DNA of 64,000 nt from Phoronis australis (GCA_002633005.1 NMRA01000362.1:1-64000), one strand, 5' to 3'. Counted from the stretch's first letter, positions 14,280 through 25,894 are shown. The notes: generated by a model not told the origin, from the letters alone. Made by a program: numbers and translations.

Positions 14280-15012
14280 TGTCACGTTTTCCCCGTGTGT
14301 GGGTGGGCGCAGGTTGTTACATACCGGTGCTAATAGCTTTCGGTACGACGATTGACTGAAGACTGGTTCGAGTTAATCCTTTATTAATCCCGACCGTATG
14401 TTCACAAGCCTAATCAAACAAAACGTCAGACGTAATGTCTGTTTATGCTCCAGCCAATGCTACGAAGCCTTGACTTGTGATGAACTTCTGAGACACGATC
14501 AGCAACTGTTACACTCTTCGATTCAATAAACTGCTGTCTCTATGGCTGGCTCTCTATAACTCTGTAACTGCTGATTCTCTTCATTGCAACTCAACTGTAG
14601 TTCTCCTGATTAACTTCCTTGAACTTCTAATTTACTGACTTGATCTTCTCTTGAACTGACTTGATCTCCTCTTGAATAGATTAGATCTCTCTTGAACGGA
14701 CTTGATCTGACTAACACAAAAAAGTGCTTGTGTATTTATAGCCTGATGCATTGTTCTGGAACTTTTCATCATTTCCATCACATTCTAGAACTTTCCTGAA
14801 TCTACTCAACCATCCTACAAACATGTACTAGTCTCAAAAATATTCCAGATTGCATTAATCATTGTCATGCTAGAGTCTTCTAGAAAGTTCCTCAGTATAC
14901 TGGAGTAAATAAATTACATCACCACTGTACTTAACTCAGGGGTCATGCCAATCAAACAGAATAACAAAACAAAACAATACAACTAAAACTACTGTCAGAC
15001 TATATTCTGACA
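14280..15012 (-). mobile_element. Solo LTR (733 bp) of an LTR retrotransposon
   Basis: TGTCA...TGACA termini with a perfect 5-bp TSD caatc (14275-14279 and 15013-15017); absent from paralogous unit 1 (ggcaatc|attg). On the minus strand there is TATAAATA at 14740-14733 and AATAAA at 14385-14380. Confidence 0.9.
14754..14890. promoter_or_regulatory. Heat-shock element cluster in LTR U3
   Basis: TTCtaGAActTTCctGAA (14783-14800, 4 pentamers), TTCtaGAAagTTC (14878-14890) and TTCtgGAA (14754-14761), all just upstream of the LTR TATA box. Confidence 0.75.
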
Positions 15013-16299
15013 CAATCATTGTGTCAAACTTAATCAGAGAGACTATTCACGTATATGTCCTTGATACTTCAGGTTTAAAAACAACATGAAAAGATATCAA
15101 CAATAAACAATTAGACTGGAGTATTAAAAATCACATAACGAAAACAGGAGAAGTGGCGCCTTGTTTAGATAACCACAAATTAACTTTTTAGTCATTTTGT
15201 TATACTTAAATGTAGCAAGTGAAAACTACTCTCCACAATTAAAGTTTGTAACTCTGTGCAAATGCCACAGAAAACCACTTTGGGTGTATTAGCAACTGTC
15301 ATTGTTGAGACAGTAGAGCTGGATATTACGTTTGCTCTTCATCAGATCAGATTCACATAAATGCAAAGGGAGGGCTGAATAGGCATAAAAAATGTCTGGG
15401 GCTACGGGAATCTGAGCCGTGGCCAGTGTTAGCGAGAAGTTCTCCCGCTGAGTGCATCATGTGTGTTAACAATAGTATCGATGAAATTTGATTAGTGAAT
15501 GATCGAAGAACAGTAGATGTGAAATATGTCTATAGTGAAACAAGTATGTACTACCTGATTGAAAGTCTGATATTCAACAGAAAATTGCAATTAATGATCC
15601 CAAAATAGCACCCAACTACCTCCAACATTGTTACTAAAAGTTCTTAATGAATGGCAAATGTATGTACATGAATTTTAAAGGTCTATAGTGTATATCAAAA
15701 TCCTTTTTGCACAACAATTGATCAGAAAACTTGGCTCAGTTGATCCAATCGAAACTACGTGTACGTTCTTGGAGTACTTACACAGCACCAAGCTGTACAT
15801 GAAATTTGAAGAGACAATCCCAAAAATCCCAGCAATAGTAGTTGAAAGAAATGTACTGTACCGGCTGTACCCGTTTGGTTTCTTATAGTTCACTTTGAGT
15901 CACACCCGTATTTTCAATGGGATTTGATTGGCAAGTTGTTGAACCAATATGAATATGAACGCTCTCCCTAAAAACTTTATAGTACTAGCTTACTGAGAGT
16001 CTGAAAATCAACAGGAAACTGCACTTAAAGTGTAATTAGAAGGTTCAAGTATGTCAAATTGCAATAATAACTTCAAGGTAATGCTATTTAGATGTGTTTT
16101 ATTCAAATTATCGTATAATTGTTTTTTAGTTATCATAAGAAGCGAATACAAAAAAATCCGCGAAAAGTTGACCTTTGACACCGTTACATGCTGTTGGGAA
16201 ATACAAACCGGATCATATCCCACAATGCAGTTCACCGCCAGTACAGTATATCACAGTACACGAGGAACAAAGACAGTTCAATCTTGGCGTGTTTTAGCA

Positions 16300-16544
16300 A
16301 TGGTGCATCGGTGTGTGTGCTCTAAGTGTCCTAAGACCACCCAGGTGGAAGGCGTGAGCCCATTTAGATTCTAAAAAACAAGCATCTGGCCGCGTAATTG
16401 CACGTTTTCGTGTCCACTGCTCGTCTTTGGAAAATGACTGTCGAGTCAGCCATCTGTCGGAGCCGAAATATGCTCCGACCGTTTTGAAGACGGCTGCTCC
16501 GACGACAAACACATCATGAAGGTTGAAGCTGGTCTTATAAAAAG
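16300..16544 (+). pseudogene. THAP zinc-finger exon of a transposase (disrupted)
   Basis: MVHRCVCSKCPKTTQVEGVSPFRF*...FVSTARLW...ICSDRFEDGC matches the THAP C2CH layout and ends at donor AG|gtaagt (16545). Confidence 0.75.
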
Positions 16545-17392
16545 GTAAGTTACCTTGATAATTTTGATGTCTAAGAATTCATGTCGCTTTTAATATGCGT
16601 GAACAATAACGATCTTTTTTCACTATCACCATAATTTTCTTTTCAAGTGTTTCAAATTTGTTGTTTTTCCCTGAAGACTTAGTTATAAATGGATCAGTAA
16701 AACTCAGTAAAAGCCAAAGTAAAGAATACTGATCTCAAAAGATGCATGAATTTTGAAAAGAATTCAGACTGTGAATAAAGTAAAACATGATGTTAAATGA
16801 ATTCTAAGATTTTGATTTTTGATTACTAAAGTAATCTCTTTCAAAAACAGGATTACAATTTAGTTTTGGCATTTGCTTGAAGGTTATAAAAGTAGGTGAA
16901 CACTTAGATATTGTCGTGTTTTACTTTAATCATGGACTACTCTGGATTCAAAATGTTTTTTTATTTTACTTTTGAATTGCTCCTGCTGCTGTTGTGCTTT
17001 TCAGAGTATGTAAATTAAGTAAGGGAGAACACCTTGCACTTAGTGCGAAACAAAAGAGATGCTGGAGATCTTGAAATTCACTTAGAAATTGATGCCCCTC
17101 CGTTGCCGACTTCTGGTTCTGCAGTTGTGTTCAAGGAGGATGTCGTGACAAAGATCATGGATCCGTTGTCCAGATAAATTCAGACTGGCTGCTTTGTCAA
17201 TGAACAGGACTGGAATTTCTTTCCGTCACATATTTGACAGTCACTACCAATGTTTGAGATTTTTTGATAGTGGTACAGATAGCAATGCCAGAGTGTTTAT
17301 AGTACCAGTACTGGAAATTGTGCAAAATCTTTTGTGTGTGGCACTTGGCTGTCCCGTTTGCCCGGAGATATATTATGTTCTTATATTGAAAC

Positions 17393-17529
17393 CAGTGGCG
17401 GATTCAGACGGGGGCATGGCCTCTCCTAAATTTCACCCAGTTTCCGTTTGACATTTCGGGGCTGCGAATGTCTAACGGGCTAATACTGTGACCTGGCCCC
17501 ACTTACTCAAAATCCTGGTTCCGCCCCTG
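17393..17529 (+). mobile_element. MITE family B (CAGnGGCGGA TIR, ~5-bp TSD)
   Basis: cagtggcggattc...ggttccgcccctg with flanks gaaac/gaaat; homologous, in opposite orientation, to 57991-58136. Confidence 0.75.
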
Positions 17530-18632
17530 GAAATATTTCAATGACGTTTCTTCAATACAATGACTATAAATATTGTGGCATAGCTTTTTAGGTATATTTG
17601 ATTTGTACTCAACTGTTGCTGTCCCTTTCAGTTGGTCGGTATAGGAAGACTTCCTTAAGTGGGGGTGAAAAGGTAACTTTTTGGGTCGTCAGTCTTTTCG
17701 CGTGACAGTATCATCCAAATTGTACACAGAATAATCACTTGCACAGGATTTGAACATATTTGGGGATTTTTTGAGTGAGTGGTACATTTAAGCACTCCTT
17801 TCAGACTTCCGACTTCCAGCCCATGTGCATCCTTTATGTGTTTTCATACCATGTCATAGACATCTAAACCTATTGCATACTGGAGCTTTTGTGTTGAGAT
17901 TCAGTGGTTCCTGTGTCGTGTTCGTTAATATCTCATGTAATTAGAGTACAACTGGCTAAATTGAATCCAGTGACAATGAGATATTTCATCGAAGTCAGAG
18001 TTATTTAGAGGCTTACTGCGGCATTAATGCTAACTTTTTTTAAATTTCCCAATGAAGCACAACCAATTTAAAGAGTTCTACTTTATAGGAGAGCAAGAGA
18101 TTCAGTCGCGACTTCAGACAATGGCCCGGATTCCAGACTTATGTAACAGCCATGCTGTTCAATGCGCTCGCTTCAAGCACACAAACTAGACTTCAATGAG
18201 ACCAATTCGTCTGTTTACCTAGGTAAACCATACATGTATGTTTAACTGATAGATAGTTTAGAGTTTTATAATATAGTCCTAGTTAAATTACATTTGTCAT
18301 GACCATGGTATTATAAGTAACAAGTTTGATGACCATGCTACTCGCAGCCTCAATTATTTACCATTCTAAAACCACAGAAGTCTATTCATGAAATGCCAAC
18401 TTTAATGTCATGCCACTGAGGTTGCGCTGCGATTGCAATCGTTTGTTATGATGTTTGTTCTTTCTATGTAATTTGTCACTACAATTTTTGCAACTCATCC
18501 GAAAAGGCTTGTTCCCGAGTAACAAGTTTTAATTATACATACAGTAGGTCATGTGTAGGAGTTGGCATTCCAGGGTTCATACAATTGTTGATATCTATAA
18601 ATGGATGAAACTATTAAGAAAATCCATGGAAC

Positions 18633-19017
18633 TCAAAAGTCCTGCTCATTTCCTGGCGGAAGGTAGAAAACTCTGATGCAGGCTACTGCGCATGCTGGAA
18701 TGACAACACGGACTGTTCGTCCTAAGTGACCGTGCACCCGTATTTGGAACGGTCTGTAGGCCACTTGTCGCATACTTTTATCCAAGGCTCTGTTGTAGCC
18801 ATGAGGATTTCGACTTTTGTATTGCAATTATGCACCCTCCTAAACATCACGATTGATGTATACAGGTTTAAACCTCCATGCTCCACAATACATTTTTTTC
18901 TTCTGTCTAAGTTGTCACGCTTCATTTCTTTATCAAGTTTTCCAACAACCTTGTCGATTTCTTGACAACTTTTACGATTTCTTCATCAACTGGCGTTGTC
19001 TGACAGTTGCCACAGCA
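18633..19017 (-). pseudogene. P2X7 C-terminal (ballast)-like / Kolobok KolX protein relic
   Basis: CGNCQTTPVDEE..CQEIDKV...KKCIVEHGG and MRQVAYRPFQIRVHGHLGRTVRVVIPACAVACIR match the family pattern CxCGNC..ECxCC..CITxHxGF..RHxAYRQFxxWxHGxLGxxxRxVIPSCAVxxIR. Confidence 0.85.
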
Positions 19018-21310
19018 ATGGAAAACGAATGAATGATGATGAGTGTAACTCAAAAATTACTCATCCACCTGATAGCCATTGACTCAGGAACTCGGTTCAC
19101 ATGATCAGATTGTAATTCCAAGTAAATTTCTGATCGATTTCTGTAGTGCCTACATGTACACGTTAAAGAAAATCGAAGAGTTGATATAAAACCTGTAGAA
19201 TAATTTTGGCGAAATGAATCCATTAACCTCTTTCAGATCATTCTATTGCATTTTGGAGCAAAACATTGTAATCAGTGAAAATCCTATGATTATATCCACT
19301 ACAATGAATAAGATTATGGTAAGCGAGTCGAAGTAAGGGTAATAAAAATCTGAATGGGAAGAAAAAACACTGAGAATTAGAATAAGACGAAATTGGTAGA
19401 AGAGTAATAATTAAAAAGGCAACTAGTTGGTGCACAATACGTCGAAGCTATAACAAACAACATGCAGTTATTTCCATAACAAAATTTGTTTGCCGTATTT
19501 GCTGAAAAAGCATCAAAAACTCCAAAGTTATAGAGGCTAACGTGAAAAATAGAAATGCCACTAGGGAGCACAGATGCAAGAAAAAAACAGTGGCACTGTA
19601 TTGTATACATGTACATGTAGGTGCAAACGTTTCAAAAGAGATAAAACGAAATTGAACTGTCTATCTCTCTACTTTTGTTCTTCATAAGTGAGAAAGTTGT
19701 GAAATGATTGGAGAAGTTACTTTTAGGATACGATGTTTCAAGCACCTGTTGCCATACATGTACATGTATCTATCGCAGCTTTGGACATATCAAGTTAATT
19801 TAAGTTTGGAAGCGTCGGAGGAATCTATTACAGGTGTAAGTACATTTTACAGCCAAGTTTCTATTCTGAGTTATCCGAAGTAAATGGAAAAGAATGTGAA
19901 AGGTCACGATGATGTACATGTGCATTTCAGAAATATGGTGTACACTGCATATTATGGGAATGTTCTAAGATTGGGCAAATTGGAAGTGAACATGATGTCA
20001 TGTGACTGCTGAGAGCCACCTGTATACAATGAATTATATATGGTGCGAAGGCTTATCATTTTTTCCACAATCTTTTTGATTTCCCTATAATAATTTCATG
20101 GCATAAGCAATAGACACAAAGCCAAATGTCTTTCTTATTTGAATTTACTGTCACGCTGTCACATCTGTGCATCAAAACACTTTTCTGGGTTAGTTATTTT
20201 CAATAGATCATCAATTATGTCTAACAGTCAATCATCTTTTACAGTAATCAAGGCTGGTCAAAAGTTCAACCTGTCAAAATTACACGAGTACAGTTGCGGC
20301 GTGATGTCACGAGTGAAGCATTTTTACAACAATATAAACATTTCATAGAAACGTTATCATAGTTCTATGTCATGTTCAGCTACATCTTCTTATTTCATAG
20401 AAGGCATGAGAGGCCTGGCCCAAAAATACACTTAAATCTGTTAAAACTGTAAACTGGTAGCCTGAAATGAAGTCAATGTCTCTTCAAAAGAATTAGTCAC
20501 CGGACAAATTCTTTAAAATAAAATTTGATGCTGAAGTCACAGCACCGACTACTGTTTATTTTTTTTTTGGGGGGGTTGTTATTAAGGTCATAATTGCGAA
20601 GAAAGAATGTTACTAAAAGTTTCAAGTAACCGCGTACATGTACAGTGTCTATGCGTTGCGTAAGGTACTCTGTAAGAAGAAAAGAAGAGTAAATTATAAA
20701 ACAACGAAGTAGGAATGACCCAAAATTTGAAAATAAAAAGAGAAATAAAAATTCTCTGTTTATTAATAGAGTTATAGTCTTCGAACTGACAAGTCCAGCA
20801 ATTTAGTTGAATTAGAGAAAAATATCGACATACCTCCAGCTTTTCCAGTTGGCGTAACGATTTCTGAAAATCATAATTGAAAGCAGTTTTACAGTAAGTA
20901 TTCTAAATGGTAATCCAAGTAGCGTAAACTTACTGTGAGTGAATGGAAATGAAACATGAAAACTTAGTGAGCCTAGTGCTGTTAGAATGAGTACAGGGGA
21001 TCGTGTTAAAATCTTTCTTATGTTCATAACGTATATGGCCCCATAATCAAGGGGTCACCTGATTGAAAATTGCACCCAATGATATGTAAGGGTAAGAATT
21101 AGAATGAGATGAAATTGGAAGAACAGTAATAATTAAAATGGCCACTAAATGGTGCACAATACGTCGAGGCTATCACAAAAAGGAAAGATGCAGTTATTTT
21201 CATAACAAACTTTGTTTGCCCTATTTCCTGAAAAAGCATTAAGAAACTTTAAATTTATGGAGGCAAACGTGAAAAATAGAAATGCCACTAGGGTGGACAG
21301 ATGCACATGG
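19018..21310 (-). pseudogene. LRR/TLR pseudogene, tandem unit 3 (5'-truncated) plus a short extra fragment (21090-21310)
   Basis: Colinear with 12010-14170 but with an internal deletion. 21090-21310 repeats the 12360-12560 segment (LVAFLFFTFASINLKFLNAFSGN). Confidence 0.65.
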
Positions 21311-22850
21311 ATTGGTCTTAAACTGGCCGTCACCTGTTGCCATCCAATTTCAGAAAGTTTTTTAAAGGGAAAGGCAGATACAGACATGGACGCAAAAATG
21401 CCACTAGAGAGGACAGAGTAGATCACGTCTGAAAATCAACAGCAGCCTCGGTGTTCTCCTCAGCAACACTACTCCAAATGTCAATAATGATCCTTGCTTT
21501 GATAGATAGAGAGTGTAATGCCAAAATCTTTTAAAATGGCCACCGAATGACACAAAATACGTCAACCTCCCTGTAAAATGAGAAGACGTCGTCGTCTCCT
21601 GAATAGAAACCCATGCGCAAAGTTCCATGATTATAAGAACAGCCGCTATATGTCCAATTCATCCAAATACGCGACAACTGCACCGCAAATGGTATGCAAC
21701 TAAGATTGCTTATTTTTATCATGAAAGAGGCCGTTGGATGGCCCAGAATACATGTACATTGAACTCATCCAAAAATGGGAAGGTGACGCCGTCTCTCAAA
21801 ATTTACGAAAATCCGTCAGAAAATTCTAAAGATACGAAGGCAAAGAAGAAAAAACAAACTGCCACAGCAGTAGTCGGGTACATCGATCTGTTGTAAAGTT
21901 AACTGGAATACAATAATTGCAAAATTTAAAAACATCTTGTAACGGTTTAGTATATATAGCCGTAGATGCAACAAATGTCACTAAGGTACTAGGACCTGTT
22001 TGAAAATACACTTCATTCATTTTCTTTTCAGTAGGAACAGCTGTCAATTTTGATCATGATCCTCTGCATGGTTTGACATATACAGATCCAAACGAAAAAA
22101 AAAACAGCAAAAGTATGCTTTTAGAGGTGTTTAGTAGTACCATAAAATGGCCATGGTACAGAAAACATCGAAGCCATCTGAAAACGGGATAGCGTCGTAG
22201 CCTCTTAAAGATATCTCCCAAGCGTAAAAAGGCCAGTACGGGGCACGTTGTCAACTTCATATCAATACAGTTGCTAAATTTAATTAAGATCCTGCTGTGA
22301 GTTTAGGAGATACAGCTATGTGTGCAAAAACTGCCACTAGCAGGCCCCACAGTAGTTAAAGTCGTTGGGAAATCATCAACTGTACTCGTCACACCAAGAA
22401 AACATGTGCTCATTCATACAGTGGTTTGGTGGATAGAGGGAACGAGGCCAAAAAACAGACTCCAAAAAATAAAAATGGCCGCTAGGTGGCGCAAAGGACC
22501 TCGAATCCTTCCGAAAACGCCACGATAGCGTCATCTTACTAATGGATGCCTATGCGCCAACTTCCATGAAATTCCGTTAAGGACCTTTTAAGATACGGAG
22601 GCAAACGTAAAAAAACAAAAGTGCGACTAAGGTCACATCTGTAGTCGGAAACGTCCAAGTTTCGTCGTCATCTGTTGTCAGCTTTATAGAAAATTAATGC
22701 CTGTGCCCAATCTGATCAAGATCCTATGAGGTGTTAGAGGGTACAGATGCGGACGCCGGATCCCGGGCGACGGACACCTGGACGCCGGAGGCAAAAACAG
22801 AGATGACGACAATATGCACCCACATAATAAAAATGCGGATGCATACAAAG
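21310..22850 (+). mobile_element. Non-autonomous Helentron/HINE (DINE-1-like) element with internal ~150-bp degenerate repeats
   Basis: Recurrent aaaatg(g)ccactag core motif, (gacg)-rich tract at 22750-22790, and a 3' hairpin atgcacccaca...tgcggatgcat followed by an A-rich end. Confidence 0.55.
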
Positions 22851-23929
22851 AAGTGTGCACCGAAACGTTGTCAAAAATAGCTGCGTTTCCAAAATGACTA
22901 TGGTTTGGTATAGGTCGCTGGGCAATCAGCCGATGTAACGGAACTGGTTGCATTGTCCATAATTTAATGTTCATTGCTTTCAATCTTCGAATTAGTGGTG
23001 TTACAAAACTGTTCGGCTAAAGAGCGGTCCGGTTTAACAAAACTTTAGGATATGTGCTGTAGCCACTTAATTGTGAGCGCACATGTTAACGGTAGTATTG
23101 CTTAGTAATATCGTTTGCAAATCTAATAAAAAGTAGACTTTAAGATTGAGCATTAAAAAATCACAAAACACCACAAAAACGAAACAGGCCATCGCTGAGA
23201 CTAACCGTGCTAAAAATAGCTGAAAAGTGATACAAAGGCACCCGTACTTGCACACTGTTTGCTTGTCTGTCATGACAAATCACGCAAAAGTGACGTCACA
23301 TCACGTACAATTCACATTTAAAAAGCGTCGATATTTGTATCTTTTGCATCCACAGCTCTTTAGTCAAATGTGTTTTTGTGGACAAAAAAGTGTTTTGAAC
23401 ACCATATCGAAAGGAAACGATCCGTGGAGTATGACAATTCAATTGAAGTCCTCGCACTTTTGGAATTAGGATGCTACCTGTTTCTGGATTATGCATTTTA
23501 TTTCACAAACTTCACAAATAAAAATCTTAAACTGTGGCATTCAGGCAATATTACCGATCAAAAACAAAATGGCCGCCTTCAATTTTAATAATAAAATCGA
23601 CCGAATGTTTTGTTATGAATGTTCATTTCTAAAGAATATTCTGACTTTAAAAGGTGACAACGTAATAATAATAATGGCACACGTACACTGTATCAAGAAA
23701 AAATTATATAATCTCTGATCTTTTTCCTTAACAGATTTCACTAGTTGAAATAGCCTGCTTTTTGATACATGAGTTAGAACGGAGCTCACTAATTATGGTT
23801 TGAGATAACAATTAGTTTTCATTATTTGCAGGAAGTTAGTCAGCCTTGTAAAATGGCAAATTTTCGCAATTATTTTGCTGCGAAATAATTAAATATTTAC
23901 AATAGTTACACCACAAAAACATTACTTAC

Positions 23930-24295
23930 TATCCACGACAAGCTTGCTAATTGAAGATTTCTCCACGCCGTTGACAGGTCTCACAACCACAGTGTAATTG
24001 CCTTCATCATCAGGTGTAACTTGTGACAAAGTGATCGTGAAGTTAGTTTTCCCGTGAGAGTAGTCAGTAGAACCACGAGTTTTATAAGCACCGAGAAAAC
24101 TTCCGTTCCAATGAGTTATATTGGGTGGTACATTGACGGGGGCATCGAACAAACGTAAACGAGGCCTTTTAAAAGTAATTTGGGAAAAAGTTTCACCACT
24201 CCCCATTACATAACTTATCCTGAACGTGGCACTCCCACCATTGACAACAATCACTTCAGGAGTTGAAGTCACACTTAGGGCAGAAACAACAATAT
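23930..24295 (-). CDS. Exon 2 of an Ig-superfamily gene: V-set Ig domain lacking both canonical cysteines
   Basis: Acceptor ttttgctctttcag|AT and donor GATA|gtaagt, 366 nt, phase 1-1. Motifs VIVVNGGSATFRISY and YKTRGSTDYSHGKTNFTITLSQVTPDDEGNYTVVV..SKLVVD. Confidence 0.88.
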
Positions 24296-24379
24296 CTGAA
24301 AGAGCAAAATGTAAGATTCAATGTAAATTTAATTGTATCCATAACAGGATCAAAATACGGACAATCGCCGCACAAAAAG

Positions 24380-25105
24380 TTCATCTTATAGATTGGGATC
24401 CCAGAGAATTTTTGGGCTTGAGAACGTATAAGCAGTTCTCTTTGGTGCCAAAGTGCTTTGTTAGTATCCTCATGCTTGGAAATGTACAGCGGGCTGGTTT
24501 GCACTGGAGGTTAATGTTGCTAAAAAATTGCTATTTCAGTTTGGTTTTGGAGAAACACGGTACAACCATTTTGTAGCTTTCGAGAAAGCTTCATATCACT
24601 TTTTAAACAGAGATGCAAAGATGTTGATGAGTAAAAAATGGCAAGATATTTTGAAAAATTCAATTAAGCTGGAAACTTACAGAACTTTTAAGTTAAATAT
24701 TTATTTTGAAAATTATTTAGATGTAATTAACAATGTGAATGTTAGATCTGATATGGTATGAGTAAGATGTTAAGCGCATGCACTACTGATTGAAAAGGGT
24801 AGACACATGAAACTTAGCAGATCAGAAAGTTTTTGCCCTCTTTGTGATAGGACATATGTCGAGTCAGAATTTCATTTTGTTACCGAATGTACATTCTACG
24901 ATGACCGTAAGAAACGGTATTTGCCTGCATAGAGCTAGAAGAATGACTATGGAGGAAAAAAATTTTACATGGTAAATGTTCATTTCGCATTCAAGCGAAG
25001 AAGAGTTCGTGTTACTTTTAGTATTTGACACTTACCTGTATTGTATTTGATGATTTGATTGTAACAAGGGCTGGAGACCTAGTTATTGAATAATTAAATA
25101 AATAA
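24380..25105 (+). mobile_element. 5'-truncated non-LTR retrotransposon (CR1/L2/Crack-type 3' end) in intron 1 of the Ig gene
   Basis: KLETYRTFKLNIYFENYLD...LLIEKGRH..RSESFCPLCD..VESEFHFVTECTFYDDR is the typical ORF2 C-terminal CCHC region; it ends in a (taaa)n tail. Confidence 0.8.
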
Positions 25106-25106
25106 G

Positions 25107-25107
<1 letters not shown>

Positions 25108-25138
<31 letters not shown>

Positions 25139-25164
25139 TATACACACACATATATATATATATA
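25108..25164. repeat. (TA)n/(CA)n microsatellite
   Basis: Read directly from the sequence. Confidence 0.95.
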
Positions 25165-25677
25165 TGGCCAATAAATGTATATAAAATATATACAAAGACT
25201 TTATTAAAGAGCCTTGTCTTGTTTGAGATCAAGAAATCTGGGTAAATACTTGTTTGTAGGGTTCGTAAATACCCATAGTTGATTGTTCACACGATACTGG
25301 AATCGGATGCTCAAACCAATTGTTCACAAACTGTTCTTGACAGTCAAAGCTGCAAATTTATAATGTGTTGGTATGCCTGCAACGAATTAAATATTTGGTG
25401 AATTTTGGTGTCTAAAAATCACCGTGATCGTGGACAAGTCGTTAGAGAGTAAGAAACAGCAAACGATCACCAAAATCGGTGTTTCAGTTCTAGCTCTGGT
25501 CGAATTATGCTGTAATGATTGTAAGGCAGACTGCGAATTTTTAAATAGGCGCCAGTTTAGTTTCTCCGAGTTGGCGCTGGATATCCGCTATTTGCGAACG
25601 GTAAGTTGAGTTCACTTAACATTAACGGGCATTGGGCTGAACGCAGATGCAAAACCGTTGGCTAACGCAACACTCAC

Positions 25678-25723
25678 CTGTAAGGAAAACACTCAAGGTA
25701 AAATAAATGTACAACAAACACAT
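25678..25723 (-). CDS. Exon 1 (signal peptide) of the Ig-domain gene
   Basis: ATG at 25723 gives MCLLYIYFTLSVFLT then ACAG|gtgagt (phase 1). It splices in frame to exon 2, giving ...FLTDIVVSA/LSVTST. Confidence 0.8.
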
Positions 25724-25894
25724 TTTTACCACATGTGCATCCAGAAACGCGATTTTCTGTATGCACAAACGAGTCCAGGAACTGACTGATTTGAGCGTGC
25801 ATAGCGCGTGCCTTTACAGCACGTGGTGGAGAACTAGTTCAATGGTGGGCTATACATATGCAAAATCACCATTTTTTTAAACTTAGCACATCAG

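Larger units (their letters stand above)
11961..16030 (-). pseudogene. LRR/TLR pseudogene, tandem unit 2 (contains the solo LTR)
   Basis: Colinear paralog of unit 1; the anchor gcaaac.ttt.aaaagagataa lies at ~9330, ~12598 and ~19623. Fragments include ISLRSIDNSG and LEFHYDFSGN. Confidence 0.65.
16075..19017. mobile_element. Decayed Kolobok-like DNA transposon inserted in the TLR array
   Basis: A ~3 kb block missing from the paralogous junction at ~11960-12010. It carries a plus-strand THAP relic and a convergent minus-strand KolX/P2X7-C-like relic. The termini were not resolved. Confidence 0.7.
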
